Part shown: piece by piece, positions 23,765 through 37,014 of the stretch | How the letters are laid out: the number at the start of each line of letters is the position of its first letter | How positions within the stretch are numbered: position 1 is the stretch's first letter | Origin: Leucoraja erinacea | Taxonomy: Eukaryota | NCBI RefSeq assembly: GCF_028641065.1 | Contig: NC_073384.1 | Coordinates: forward strand, 10,292,001-10,356,000 | Length of the DNA stretch: 64,000 nt | Direction of reading: 5' to 3' | Position numbers and translations under genes: made by a program | The notes under the pieces: generated by a model | Told to the model about the DNA's origin: nothing | The model's database searches: none | What the model saw: only the letters and a program-made list of their open reading frames with translations

Positions 23765-25757
23765 TAATATTCACTGCGCTAGAGTCCAAGCCCTTCGCTG
23801 GCGCGACAGACCGACTTAAGAACATCCTCGAGAGGGAAGGTGAAGAGCCGAATGTAGTTGTGCATGTAGATACAAATGATGTGGGCAAGAAGAGGAAGGA
23901 GGTTCTGCAACCTGAGTACAGAGAACTAGGTAGGAGGCTGAAAAACAGGACTTCTAGGCTTTTGTCACTGGGTTACTTCCAGTACCTTGTGCTAATGAGG
24001 GTATGAACAGGGAGATAGGGGATCTTAATGTGTGGCTGAGGAGCTGGTGCAGGGGGCAGGGATTTAGATTTCTAATTCACTGGAATCTCTACTGGGGCAG
24101 ATGTGACCTGTACAAAAGGGGCGGGTGCACCTTAATTGGAGGGGGACTGACATTCTGGGAGGCAGGTTTGCTAGTGTGACACAGGTTGGTTTAAACTAAA
24201 CAGTGGAGGGGGGGGAGGGGGGTTACAGTCAACAACGTAGACGCATATGTAAATTAACAGGAAAGAATGTGTAGGAAAGGACACATTTAAACTAACAGGG
24301 CAGGGGGATGGGACCCAATGCTCGGAGACAGAGGGTCATAAAGGGAGGACAGAAGGAAAAGATAGAAGGGAGATAAGAAAAACAAACCTGAAAGCTTCGT
24401 GCCTTAACGCAAGGAGCATTCGTAATAAGGTGGATGAAATGAATGCGCAGCTAGTGGTTTAGGAATATGATATAGTTGGAATTACAGAGACATGGCTCCA
24501 GGGTGACTAGGGCTGCGAGCTAAACATGCAGGGATATTTGATATTCAGGAAGGATAGACAGAAAGGAAGAGGAAGTGGGGTAGCATTGCTGGTTAAAGAG
24601 GAGATTAATGCAATAGCAAGGAGAGACATTCGCTTGGATGCTGTAGAATCGGTATGGGTAGAACTGCAAAATAGCCAAGGGCAGAAAACACTTGTTGGAG
24701 TTGTATACAGACCACCAAACAGCAGTAGGGAGGTTGGGGATAGCATCAAGTAGGAAATTAGGGATGCATGTAGGAAAGGCACAGCAGTTATCATGGGTGA
24801 CTTTACATATAGATTAGGCCAACCAAATTGTAGGGAGCACTGAGGAGGAGGATTTCCTGGAATGAATGAATGAATGATTGAATGCATGCATGAATGAATG
24901 TATGAAAACTTTATTGTCATTCAGATATACACCTAGACACAGTGCACCTTGAACGAAATTTCGTTGCATTTTACTCTCCAAAATCAGTTAATAGTTAAAA
25001 GTTCCAGGTGCGTCCATAAAAATGCCTCATGCGCATGGTTCTGTAAAATAAATATATTAAAAAGTTTTTAAAAGTGACGATATTTAAAAAGTTCTAGCCT
25101 CGGTTTTTTTGATTGTTCAGTAATCTTATGGCCTGGGGGATGAAGCTGTTGCAGAACCTAGTTGTCCCGCTCTTCATGCTGCGGTACCTCCTCCCAGAGT
25201 TAAGCAGTATGAAGTCCAAATTGTGGGTGTGTGGGGGCTCTGATAATGCCTTTAGCTCTAATCAGACAGTGCTTGTACCCCATGTCCATGATGGAAGGAA
25301 GAGAAGTCCCAATGATTTTTTCCGCTGTCCTCACCACTCTCTGAAGACACTTCCAGTCCGCAGCTGTACAGCTGCCGCACCACGTGGAGATGCAGCTGGT
25401 CAGGACCGACTCAATTGTGCTTCTGTAGAAAGTGGCGAGGATGGGAGGGTGGAGGTGTAAACTTCTCAACCTGCGGAGGAAGTACAACCGCTGCTGTGCC
25501 CGTTTTGCCAGAGATGTAATGTTTGAGGACCAGGTTAAGGTGTCCGTTATATGCACCCCCAGGAACTTGATGCTTTTCACCTGCTCCACTGCTGAGTTGT
25601 TGATGCAAAGTGGAATATATACGCAATGGTTTTTTAAAACAATATGTAGAAGAACCGACTAGAGGACAGGCTATCCTAGACTGGGTATTGTGTAATGAGG
25701 AAGGATTAGTTAGTGATCTTGTGTGCAAAGCCCCTTGGGCAACAGTGACCATAATAC
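23765..25757 (+). mobile_element. CR1 LINE 5'-internal fragment (ORF1 SGNH-esterase plus ORF2 APE endonuclease), interrupted by a Rex1-like element
   Basis: ORF1 segment VVVHVDTNDVG...NVWLRSWCRGQGFRF. ORF2 segment CLNARSIRNK...IVGITETWL...GVVYRPP. Resumes at ~25612 with QYVEEPTRGQAILDWVLCN. Confidence 0.8.
24862..25610 (-). mobile_element. Rex1/Babar-like LINE 3' fragment with (TTCA)n-type tail
   Basis: EQVKSIKFLGVHITDTLTWSSNITSLAKRAQQRLYFLRRL...FYRSTIESVLT. (ATGA)n at 24862-24905. Confidence 0.8.
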
Positions 25758-26816
25758 ATAGCCGTCCGAAGGGGGGGTGTGATGGGTGCGGTTGCACCCC
25801 CCTTTTTTCCCCAGAGTAAAAAACAACGCCGCGTGGGAGGGAGAGAGAGGGGGAAGGAGGGAGAGGGGTGGGTTAGAGGGGGGGGGGAGAGAGAGGGGTG
25901 GGTTAGGGGGGGGGGGAGAGAGAGGGGGGGGGGTTAGGGGGGGAGAGAGAGAGGGGTGGGTTAGAGGGTGGGAGAGAGGTGGGAAGGGAGGGGGGAGAGA
26001 GGGGGGGAGAGAGAGGGGGAGAGAGATAGGGTGAGAGAGAGGGAGGAGGGAGGGAGAGAGAGAAGGGAGAGAGGGATCTCTCGGGTACAGGGCCTGCCTT
26101 GCTCGTTCTTTCTGCGTCTTCTGTTCCCGCGAGCGTTCGTCGACCAAAGCTCTCGGGAGTTTGTGGGAGCTCTCGGGTACAGGGCCCGAGACGAGGTGCG
26201 AGCGGGCGAGTGTCGACCAAAGGCCGCCGCAGTCTTCAGCTACGAACAAATAAATACACACACGCACAGGAGGGGGGAACGGGGAACGGGGAGCGGGGCG
26301 CGGGGCGGCAGCTCGCTGGGGATCGCCTCTCACACAGCGCAGATGCAGCACACAGAACCATTGTGACCTCATCAGCCAAAGCCACTCGGTTTCTATTTTC
26401 AAAGACATTTCAGATTTGTGAACATTTTCATAAATAACTCGAGAAATAAAGCATGAATTTTTCAGATAGGCCAATTTTGGACTCCACGGGATAACTCTAC
26501 AGGAATATGTAAAAAAAAATCGCCTTCGTGTGTCGTTTTTTTCAAGTAGATGCGATCACACACAAACACACGCACACACTCTTGATTCAACCAAAATTAT
26601 TTCTGAAATATTAGTCATAAATTTGATGCAAAAATCCTCCAAAATAAGGCTCAGAATGCACCAGAGAGCATCTAAAACCCCAGAGCTCCCAGAGCCCTTA
26701 AGCGGGCCAAGGACCCGGCCATGACGGACTTTGAGCTGTGCGCACATTATTTCACATAAAGTTTTTGTAATCCTGTCATGCCACCCCCCTCTTTGAAAAG
26801 CTTTTTACGGGCCTGC

Positions 26817-27600
26817 AATATTCATACCACTGGGCTGTAAGCTGCCCTAGCGAAATTTGAGATGCTGTTCTTCCAATTTGCATTTGGCCTCACTCTGACA
26901 ACGGAGGAGACCTAGCTCAGATAGGTCTGTGTGGGAATGGGAAGGAGAATTAAAGTGTTTAGCAACCGGGAGATCGGGTAGGGTTCAGACGGACTGAGCG
27001 AAGGTGTTCAGCGAAACGTTCACCCAGTCTAAGTTTGGTCTCGCTGATGTATATGAGTCCACATCTTGAAAATCTCACTGAAGTCTCAGGCCTAGTGAAC
27101 CTTAAGTAGGAAACAAAAGCGCCTGAAAACACAGTGCGTGTGACATTCTGTCAACCCATCTTACTGACCCTTCTGTCTTGGACCTCCTCCATTGTCAGAG
27201 TGAGGCCCAGCATAAATTGGAGGAACATAACCTTGTATTTCGCTTGGCAACTTACACCCCAGCGTTATGAATTTTGTTTTTTTTCTAACTTCAAGTAACT
27301 CTTGCTTTCCCTCTCTCTCCTCCCCACCCCCTTATCCCCATCCTCCACCCTCATTCTCCGACTAGTTCAAGTCCTCCTCGTTGTCACCTTCCCCTCAGCT
27401 AACAATGAACCATTCTACATTTCAAGCTACTTTTTAACTTTGGGCACTCCCATGGGTCCCCAGCTATGCCTGCCTCTTGGTAGGATACGTTGAACAATCT
27501 CTGTTCCAGGCGTACACTGGCCCTTTCCCCGAACTCTATCTCCCTTGCATTGACATCTGCTTCGGTGCTACTTCCTGCACCCATGCAAGGGCTCATTTAA
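26817..27600. mobile_element. Penelope-like element fragments (GIY-YIG end in both orientations, RT remnant)
   Basis: LLHCQSEAQHKLEE...-type GIY-YIG tail, and GTPMGP...VGYVEQSLFQAYTGP from a PLE RT. Confidence 0.65.
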
Positions 27601-27792
27601 CCACCTTCCACATTCCCTTATTCGCATCTGTGTTGATCTCTCGTTTTCACACCTTACACTCCCCTATCTCTAGGCTCCCTCCACCCCACCCCAGCCCCGC
27701 CCTGACGCTCAGTCTGAAGAAGGGTCTCGACCCAAAACGTCACGAATCCCTTCTCTGCAGAGATACTGCCTGCCCTGCTGAGTTACTTACAG

Positions 27793-28108
27793 TCCTGTCC
27801 CACGGTACACGTTCATTCTATGTTTCTATGTTTCTATTCCAAGAGCTTTCCCGAGTTTAAAAAAAAAATCAAACTCGTGGTAAGCACGGAGAATGATCGT
27901 AGCGGGTACGTCGGAGCTCGGGGACGTCTCTTAGCGCTAACGGCAGGTACTCGGGGAGACTCGCTAACGGCAGATAAGCATGGGCAAACTCGTGAAGATT
28001 TTTCAACATGATGAGTACCGACGATGTGGCCATTACCGTAAATCTCCGAATTCGAATCAGGGCAAACTCGGGAGAACTCTTGGAATAAACTCGTACCGTG
28101 GGGCAGGA
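27793..28108. mobile_element. MITE with CCTGTCCCAC termini, ~500 bp upstream of THBD
   Basis: TCCTGTCCCACGGTAC ... GTACCGTGGGGCAGGA inverted ends. It interrupts a Penelope-derived repeat (GAGTTAC|...|CCAGCATTTTG). Confidence 0.65.
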
Positions 28109-28450
28109 GGTTTACCCCAGCATTTTGTGTCTATCATCAGAGCTAAGAGCTCTTGTTCGAGATTACAGCGCCTCCCCCTCCTTCCTCCCCGAGCTACGAT
28201 GTTCCAACTTGAATCGTGCCGTGAGTACGTGACCCAGAGTGACCGGCGTTACCAAGTTAAGGAAACACCTCTATAATCTTCCGGCAATCCGCGTCCGCCT
28301 TCGCGAAAGGGGGATTAAAAAGTTAGAGGCAGCAACTTCTGGTGTCTCCTTGCACAGTTGCAGGAACCCGCTCGAAAGGGCGTGGGGCATTTGGCAGGGA
28401 AACGGCAAACCACTCAAATCCCTTGCATCACAGACCCAACCTATTTACGA

Positions 28451-28498
28451 ACTTCCTTCCTTGTGCAGCTGAGAGGCCAAGTGTATTTAAACCTGAGC
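28451..28498 (+). promoter_or_regulatory. Putative THBD core promoter (tandem ETS sites plus TATA-like box)
   Basis: ACTTCCTTCCTT at 28451-28462 and TATTTAAA at 28484-28491, about 120 bp upstream of the ATG. Confidence 0.5.
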
Positions 28499-28576
28499 TT
28501 CAGGGAGAAATCGGGACCAGAGAGGAAAGGGGGGGCTTCAGAGCGGACCAAGCCTGAAGGGACAGACACAGAGAGT

Positions 28577-28607
<31 letters not shown>
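28577..28607. repeat. (GA)n microsatellite immediately before the THBD start codon
   Basis: Seen directly in the sequence. Confidence 0.95.
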
Positions 28608-28608
<1 letters not shown>

Positions 28609-28610
<2 letters not shown>

Positions 28611-30246
28611 GATTGTGGTTTGGGTCGCCCTTTGCGCTTTGGCGTCCACGGCGCTTTCTGAATCGCAGGACGAGGAAGAGCCGACGCCGGCCGTCTGTGT
28701 GGACGGTTTCTGCTACGCTTTGCGGAGGGAGCGCAGGAAGTTTAACATGGCCCGGAGCGCCTGCAAGAAGGACGGGGGAGACGCGGTGACCGTGCGGACC
28801 ACGGTGGCGGCCGATGCCGTCTCGGCGCTGCTGCAGGCGGCCGGCGCTCAGCCCAACTCCCGCTACTGGCTGGGGCTGCAACTCCACCACAAGACGTGCC
28901 CCGACAACAGCAGCCTCTTGCGGGGCTACCGCTGGGTGGACGGGGACAGCGACACGACCCACTACACCAACTGGGCTCCGGCGACGGGCTCCACCTGCGG
29001 ACCCCACTGCGTGGTGGTCTCCAGCGACGAGCTGTGGCTGGAACGGCCGTGCAACGAGAAGACGGACGGGGTGCTGTGCGAATACCGCTACAACGGCAGC
29101 TGCCCCAGCCTGGCCAACCGCACCGCCGTCTACCACCTGCCCTTCGGCTCGCAGGGCTCGGACTTCTCCGCGCTGCCCCCTGGCACCGTGGCCCTGGTCA
29201 GCGCGGGCGAGGAGCCGCTGAGATGCAACGAAAGTCGGGACTGGCTGCCCGTGGGCACGGCTCCTTGGCAATGCCGGGTGGGGAACGGAGGTTGCCAGCA
29301 CGTTTGCCACGACGGGCCGCCGCCGGCTTGCAGCTGCCACCCGGGGTACCGGTTGGACGGGGACCAGCGGAGCTGCAGCGAGATAAGCCCATGCGATGGG
29401 GTGAGGTGCGATCATCGCTGCGAGGTGCGGAACGGCTCGCCGGTCTGCTTCTGCGATGCCGGCTACCAGCTGGACTCCGACCACAAGGGCTGTTTGGACG
29501 TGGACGAGTGTGTGCGGAATCCCTGCCAACAGACGTGCAATAACTCAATGGGGAGCTACACATGCAGCTGCTCCAGCGGCTACCGGCTGGTCGAGGACGG
29601 CAAATGCATGGACATCAACGAGTGCATGGAATACAATCCGTGCCAGTTCGACTCTTGCGGCAACACGCAGGGAAGTTTCACTTGCTCCTGCAAGAGCGGC
29701 TTCCAGACGGATCCTGCGGACCACACCAAGTGCGTCTTCTATTGCAAATCCAAGGAGTGCCCGGCCATATGCCTCGGTATCAGCTGTCACTGCCCGCCCG
29801 ATTACATTCTCAACGACGACACGGGGACCTGCCACTACTTTGGGGACAACGACGCTCCAGCCCACCCCTGCATCCCCACCTCCAGCGGCGCCAAGTGCCA
29901 ATGCGAGGACGGCTACCAACCGTCTGAAGACGGGGCCACATGCGAGATGGAAGAAAGCTCCGGCTCTCCCCCGTCTGACGGCCCCATTGCCACCGACGAA
30001 CCAAAGGGCCTGGCCAGAGCCGGCTTGTCCTTGGCGGTTGTCCTCGGCAGCCTGTTCGCCATCGCCGTGCTGACTTTGATCTTCGCCGGGGTGGGACACC
30101 ACCTGCTCAAGAAAAGGGGCAATTGGCAGACGTCCACCAAGTACAAGGCGACCAGCCAGGAGCAAGACGTGAATCTCAGCCAGGTCACCACTGGCGATGA
30201 TCAGAAACTGCGGTACACCAACGACATTTGCAACGCGGGGACCTGA
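28609..30246 (+). CDS. THBD: Thrombomodulin, single ORF, 545 aa
   Basis: Signal peptide, C-type lectin domain (YWLGLQL, YTNW, DGVLCEY), sushi-like region, EGF repeats including the thrombomodulin-type EGF5 (CPAIC...CHCPPDYILNDD), short Ser-Gly stalk, TM helix and cytoplasmic tail. Lies between CD93 and the SSTR gene. Confidence 0.9.
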
Positions 30247-31242
30247 GGCTAGGTGTGGAGACGAGACTGTTCAGCCCAACTCGATAGAACGGGAGAGGGG
30301 AGGGGGGAGGGGGGGTGGGGGGTGGCAGTCTGGTGGGATTGAGGGGTAAATCCATCAATGGGCGTTGCGACCCCGCGGCTGGCAGCAGTAATGGTGTGAG
30401 CGCGAATCCCATCTCTCAACTCCACTCTGTTCCCAATGCATCCCATTCCCATTGTAACTCCACAAGTTCCCCAACCCACAGGGCGCTATTTTTTTTAGCC
30501 TGATGCCAAACCTAAAGGTCGTATTCGAGTTTTGCTGATGGTCAGGCGATGCAGTTGGATTAATTGATGGCAGACATCCATGCAAAGCTGACTGTTAATG
30601 GAAAGCTCCCGCACACGATACATTCATCTTGGATATTCCTTAGCCATGAGCCGTTCACCCAGGTAGAAATCATTTTTTTTTAAAGTAAACGATAGGTTGC
30701 TCCGAGGATAAGTATATATATTTTTCAGCAAAAAATGTGAAAGCCAAATTCCAAAGTTCGCGATGACTACATCTATCGATTAGGTGATGTTTATTTAAGC
30801 AATTGTTCCGTTTTAGTTTTTTTAGTCTGGAGATACAGCGCGGAAACAGGCCCTTCAGCCCACCGCGCCGACCGGCGATCACCCCGTACACTAGTACTAT
30901 CCCACTAAGAATAATTTGCAATCTTTACTGAAGCCACTACAACCCGCACGTTCAACTTGGGAGTGTGGGAGGAAATCGGAGCACCCGGGGAAAGCCCACA
31001 CGGTTCACGGGGAGAACGGACAAACTCCGTACAGACAGCATCCGTGGTCAGGATCCAACCCGGGTCTCTGGCGTTGTTCAAGGCGGCAACTCAACCGCGA
31101 CGCCACATTTGTGAAGGACCGCGTTTTGCACAAAGTGACCCACCTTGCTGGCAAGCACAAGGCAGATTATAATCTGATTTCCGTGATAACAATGTTATTT
31201 GTGGATCCGACGCCGAGACTTTGGAAACTATCATTCTTTAAA

Positions 31243-31696
31243 GGTTGCTAAACACTTTAACTCCCCCTCCCATTCCCACATTGACCTTTTTGTCCTGGGC
31301 CTCCTCCATTGTCAGAGTGAAACCCAGCGTAAATTGGAGGGCAGTTTACACCCCAGCGATATGAATATTGACTTCTCCAACTTCAAGTAACCTTTGACTT
31401 CCCCCTCTCTCTCTCCCACGTCCCAGTTCTCCTTCTAGTCTGATTATCCTCATTTACATTTTATCTCTGTTTGCTTTGTTATTACCTTCTCCTCGCTATA
31501 ACATGATCCATTCAACATTTCCCTTTGAACTTCGTCCCCTTTGTCCCGTTTTCACGCCTTACATGTCCTGATCTCTGTATCTCCCTCTCCCCTGATTCAG
31601 TCTGAAGAAGGGTCTCGGCCGGAAACATCAACCATTTCTTCTCTCCAGAGATGCTGCCTGTCCCGCTGTGATACTCCAGCATTTTATGTCTATCTA
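31243..31696 (+). mobile_element. Penelope-like element 3' end with pLTR-like segment, in the putative THBD 3' UTR
   Basis: VAKHFNSPSHSHIDLFVLGLLHCQSETQRKLE...MNIDFSNFK* followed by the CTGAAGAAGGG...GAAAC motif at 31602. Confidence 0.7.
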
Positions 31697-31951
31697 ATGT
31701 TAAAAGGAAATCACGCCCTATCACTCCAATATGAATTAGCAACACATCAATGAGTTGTACATCTAGATGTTGACCCAGAGGATGCACAATTATTTGGGGC
31801 TGGGGGAATCGAGATGGGGAACTTGTTCATTAATATTTATTATATATATATTTTGAAATATCTGTATAATCACTTTTTAAATCAGTTTTACATATTTACA
31901 TGAACTGTAAAAAAACACGACTATGGCGTTCATTATTGCATACATTTTTTA

Positions 31952-31957
31952 AATAAA
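31952..31957 (+). terminator. Candidate THBD polyadenylation signal
   Basis: AATAAA after an AU-rich stretch (TAATATTTATT at ~31831), followed by T-rich sequence. Confidence 0.45.
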
Positions 31958-32792
31958 CATTTGGAATTATTTCTTTAAAAGAACCTCTTCTTTCTTTTTT
32001 GTTGCAAAGGCAGAATATTGTGAGTTGGCCAAATATTATTGCTGATCAGCAGAAATAAGAAGGTTGAAAGTTGACATCTTGTCAGCCACATTGGGTCTGG
32101 AATGATTTGGTGTTTATTTATTTGGCCATACCAGTTAACCCCATGAAGTGTGTCGGAAGGCACTGCAGATGCTGGTTTATATCAATGGTAGGCACAAACT
32201 GCTGGAGTAAAAACTCAGCAGGGCAGGTGCCATCTCCGGAGAAAAAGAATAGGCGGCGTTTCGGATCGGAAACCTTCTTCAGAGTGAAAGATAGAGAAGA
32301 CCAGAATAAACCAGGGCCGGCAACAGATGACCTCAGGAAAGGTGGAGTACATAATGGGTCATTGTTGGCTGGGGAAGATGTGCAAATGACTGGGACATAA
32401 GGATGCGAACAGTGGAACTAGCAGGATGGCTAGGGGGGGATAGAGGGGAGGGAGGGAGTGCAAGGGTTACTTGAAGTTAGAGAAACCAATGTTCATACCA
32501 CTGGATAGACAAAAATGCTGGAGAAACTCAGCGGGTGAGGCAGCATCTATGGAGCGAAGGAATAGGTGACATTTTGGGTCGAAACACTTCTTCAAGGGTT
32601 TTGACCCGAAACTTTGCCTATTTCCTTCGATCCATAGATGCTGCCTCACCACCTCACCTGCTGAGTTTCTACAGCACTTTTGTCTACCTTCGATTTTCCA
32701 GCATCTGCAGTTCCATCCTGAACACTTCATACCACTGGGTTGGAAAATGCCTGAACAAACAGTGAAGGAAGGAACTGCAGATGCTGGTTTAC

Positions 32793-33202
32793 ATAGAAAC
32801 ATAGAAAATAGGTGCAGGAGTAGGCCATTCGGCCCATCGAGCCTGCACCGCCATTCAATATGATCACGGCTGATCATCCAACTCAGTATCCTGTACCTGC
32901 CTTCTCTCCATACCCCCTGATCCCTTTAGCCACAAGGGCCACATCTAATTCCCTCTAAAATATAGCCAATTAACTGGCCACAACTACCTTCTGTGGCAGA
33001 GAATTCCACAGATTCACCACTCTCCGTGTGAAAAATGTTTTTCTCATCTCGGTCCTAAAAGATTTCCCCCTTATCGTTAAACTGTGACCCCTTGTTCTGG
33101 ACTTCCCTAACATCGGGAACAATCTTCCTGCATTTAGCCTGTCCAACCGCTTAAGAATTTTGTAAGTTTCTATAAGATCCCCCCTCAATCTTCTAAATTC
33201 TC
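32793..33202 (-). mobile_element. CR1/HER1 LINE 3' fragment
   Basis: RGDLIETYKILKRLDRL...FFTRRVVNLWNSLP with an ATAGAAAC tail. Confidence 0.85.
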
Positions 33203-36200
33203 GAAATTACACAGAAGATAGACGCAAAATGCTGGAGTAACTGAGCGGGACAGGCAGCATCTCTGGATAGAAGGAATGGGTGATGTTGCGGGTCGAGACC
33301 CATCTTCAGACTTAGCCTTCCTTTGCCCATTCCTTCTATCCAGAGATGCTGCCTGTCTCGCTGTTACAGTACTTCCGAATGTTGTGTCTATCTTCAACTG
33401 AAAAGTGAGGTGTTGTGCCTCCAATCTGTGTGTGGCATCACTCTGACAATGGAGCAGGACAGATAGATATAAAATGCTGGAGTAACTCAGTGGGTTAGGT
33501 AGCATCTCTGGAGAAAAGGAATAGTTAGCGTTTCGGATAGGCACAAAATGCTGGCAAAATGCTGATAGGCACAAAAAGTAGCTCAGCTTCAGTAACCACG
33601 TGAAGTGCCTGAGGTCACACACAAGCAACCGATGGAAAACTGGAGGAATTAATATAACAGGAAGCCAAAGCTAAAACAAAATATCTTTTGAAAAAGTGAT
33701 GTTAAAGTGGAATTTTAAGTAAAACCCATGGATCTTGCGATGGAATGAAGACATTGAACAATTGCTGCAAGTAAGATTAAAATAAGAAACAAAGAACTGC
33801 AGATGCTATTTATTACACAAAACGACACAAAGTGCTGCATTCATCAGCCAGTCAGGCAGCATCTCGGGGGAACGTGGGTGGGTGATGTGTTGGGTCGGGA
33901 CCCTTCTTCAGACTACTACAATCAGATTAAAGAAGGGTCTCCACCACTTATCCATGTTCTCCAGAGATGCTGCCTGACCTGCTCAGTTAGTCCAGCACTT
34001 TATGTGTCCTGTTGAAGGCTAAAATAAGCATTGGCCTTTGCTTAGCTCCTGGCCTGACATCAAGTGCTTTTGAGCTGATGAAACACATTTGAAATGCGAT
34101 CGCTGGCCTGGTATAAGTAATACCGTCATGTCTCAAAAGGTCATAAGGAAGAGGAGTAGAATTTGGCCGTTCGGCCCATCAAGTCTACTCCGCCATTCAT
34201 TCATGGCTGATCTATCTCTCCCTCCAAACCCCATTCTCCTGCCTTCTCCCCATAACCTCTGACACCCGTACTAATCAAGAATATATCTGTCTCTGCCTTC
34301 GAAATATTCACTGACTTGGCCTCCACAACTTTCTGTGGCAAAGAATTCCACAGATTCACTATCCTCTGATTAAAGAAGTGTTGGAGTTTCTTAATGGGTC
34401 AAGCAGCACCTCTGGAGTACATGGAGGGGTGGCTTTTTGGGGCTGGTCCCTCCGACTGATTGGAGTAGGGGGAGATATTGGAAGTGAAGATTGGACAAAG
34501 CTTTTTGTCATTTCATCTTTGGCTTTTGTCCAACCATCTAGCACTCAACTCCCCTCACCTGTGTCCACTTATCGCTTGCCAGGCTTTGCCCCGCCTCCAT
34601 TTCTCTTCCAGCTACTACAATCAGTCTGAGCAAGGTCCCAATCCGAAACGCCGCCTATCCATGTTCTCCAGAGATGTCGCCTGACCCGTTCAGTTACTCC
34701 AATGCTCTGTGTCTCATTTGTAAACCAGCAGCTGCAGTTCCTTGTGGCTATGTTGATTTCACTGCTGACAACTGGTCACTGTTTATATCAGAGTGAGGTT
34801 GAACTTGCGAATCTCAATCTTGGCAGTGGTGCATTTTTAGCTGCAGTTCAATGTGGGACACACGTGCTTTTGAGCCAGAAGATACTTGGATACCAAGAGC
34901 TACCCTGGAGGTTCGTGTTCTTATTCGAGTATCGGACAGCATAACATAGGAATAGGCCCTTTGGCCTACAACGACTGAAGACTGATAAACTAATCTTCTC
35001 TGCCTGCATGTGATCCATTCCCCTCCACTGCCTGAATATCCACGCACCGATCTAAAAGCCTCATAAATGCCGCTATCATATCTGCCTCCACCACCCTCCC
35101 TGGCAACGTGTTCCCGGCACCTGACACACTTGTTGGAAAAAAAATTGCTCTGCACATATCATTTCAACTGCTCTCTCACCTTACAGCAGTGCCCAGCATA
35201 TGCTAGGCTATCCCACACAGTTTAGAGGAAGTGTCTACATTGTCACAGACGGTTGTGGAGGCCAAGTCAATGGATATTTGTACGGTGGAGATGAACACAT
35301 TCTATATTAGTACGGGTGTCAGGAGTTATGGGGCAAAGGCAGGAGAATGGGGTTAAGAGGGAAAGATAGAACAGCCATGATGGAATGGAGAAGTAGACCT
35401 GATGAGCCGAATGGTCCTATTCTTCTCCTGGAACTGATGAATTTATTCTTGGAGGTCAGCCTTGCTTTAGGCAGGATATTTTAAACCCTGTCTGCTCCTG
35501 CAGATGAATGACCAATATCCCAGGGCACAACTTTAAAATTCAAAAAAAAACCATGAAAATATACAAGACAGACATAAAATGCTTGAGTAACTCAGCGGGT
35601 CTGGCAGCATCTCTGGAGAAAAGGAATCGGTGTTGTTTCAGGTTGAGATTCTTCTTCAGATCTGAAACATCACCTATTCCTTATTTCCAAAGATGCTGCT
35701 TGGCCGCTGAGTTACTCCAGCATTCTGTGTCTATCTTCAGTATAAACCAGCATCTGCAGTTCCTTCCTACACTTGAAAAATATGGAGCCTATAAAGAGGG
35801 CAGCTTGATCACACAATTTAATGCCTTATTTTTTCTGATACCTGTCTTTTAAGTCCATTTTGCTTGCAAATAAAATGCTCATCCTCACCCTCAACAATAA
35901 GCATGTCATGGCATAATCATAACAAAGTATTTTTACAAAGTTAAATGCTTTAAACCAATCAGTGCTGGTGCATGGGTGGTGTCCACACATAGTTTAGTAT
36001 AGTTTAGTTTAGTGATACGGTGCAGAAACAGCTACTTGCTGTCACAAACAATATCATAGCTTTTTTGTAAAATTGTTTTTGTATGAATATTGATTTCTCT
36101 AATTTCAAGTAACCCCTGCATTACCTCTCTCTCTCTGTCCTTCCCACATGCAGTCATCCCACTGTTTGCTTCCATATATCCCTTCATCATCACCTCTTCC

Positions 36201-37014
36201 ACAGCCATCAATGTGGGCTCCATCTTTCCTTGCTCGTCAGTGCTGGATCTGACTTGTTCTGAACTTCATGCCTCTAGTTTCCCTCTCCCGGGCCCTGACT
36301 CTCAGTCTGAAGAAGGATCTCGACCCGAAACGCCACCCAGTCTTTCTATCCTGAGAAGCTGCCAGTCCTGCTGAATTACCCCAGCAGTTTATGTCTATCT
36401 TCGGTGTAAACCAGCACCTGCAGCTCCTTCAAAGACAGAAACATGCCCTTTGGCCCATCAAGTCCATGCTGCCAGCGATCCCCGTATACGTTAACCTTAC
36501 AGAATAGGTATAACTTACAATTTTTACTGAAGCCAATCAACCTACAAACCTCTACTGCTTTGGAATGTGGGAGGAAACTGGAGAACCTGTGGAAAAGCAC
36601 CTTGCAGTCACGGGGAGAATGTACAAACTCCGTACACACATATCGGTAGTCAGGATCGAACCCGGGCCTCTGGCGCTGCAAGGCAGCAACTCTACCGCTG
36701 TGCCACCGTGCCTCCCCATACTCATGTGCTTGGAAGAACTCCAACAAGCACAAATCTGCAACAATACTGAAAATAGGAACTAACTATTGAGTGATTTCAA
36801 CAGTCATTCAGTTTTGCCCGCCGGATCCAATGCATATCATGTACCTGATCAGACATAAGTCAAACTTAAGCTGACATCAAGATTTGGGTAAGAGGCTCTG
36901 AAGATTTTCGGAATCCAAATAAACGATAACCCATCTGTGGTAGGGGTCTGCACCCCTTTCCATATCTGTTCCCACCCCACCCAATCCATCTAGTCAAAGA
37001 GCAAAATCCTTTAG

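Noticed and set aside
25710-26474. 254-aa Pro-rich ORF
   Set aside because: Derived from the G-rich low-complexity array; no domain signature.
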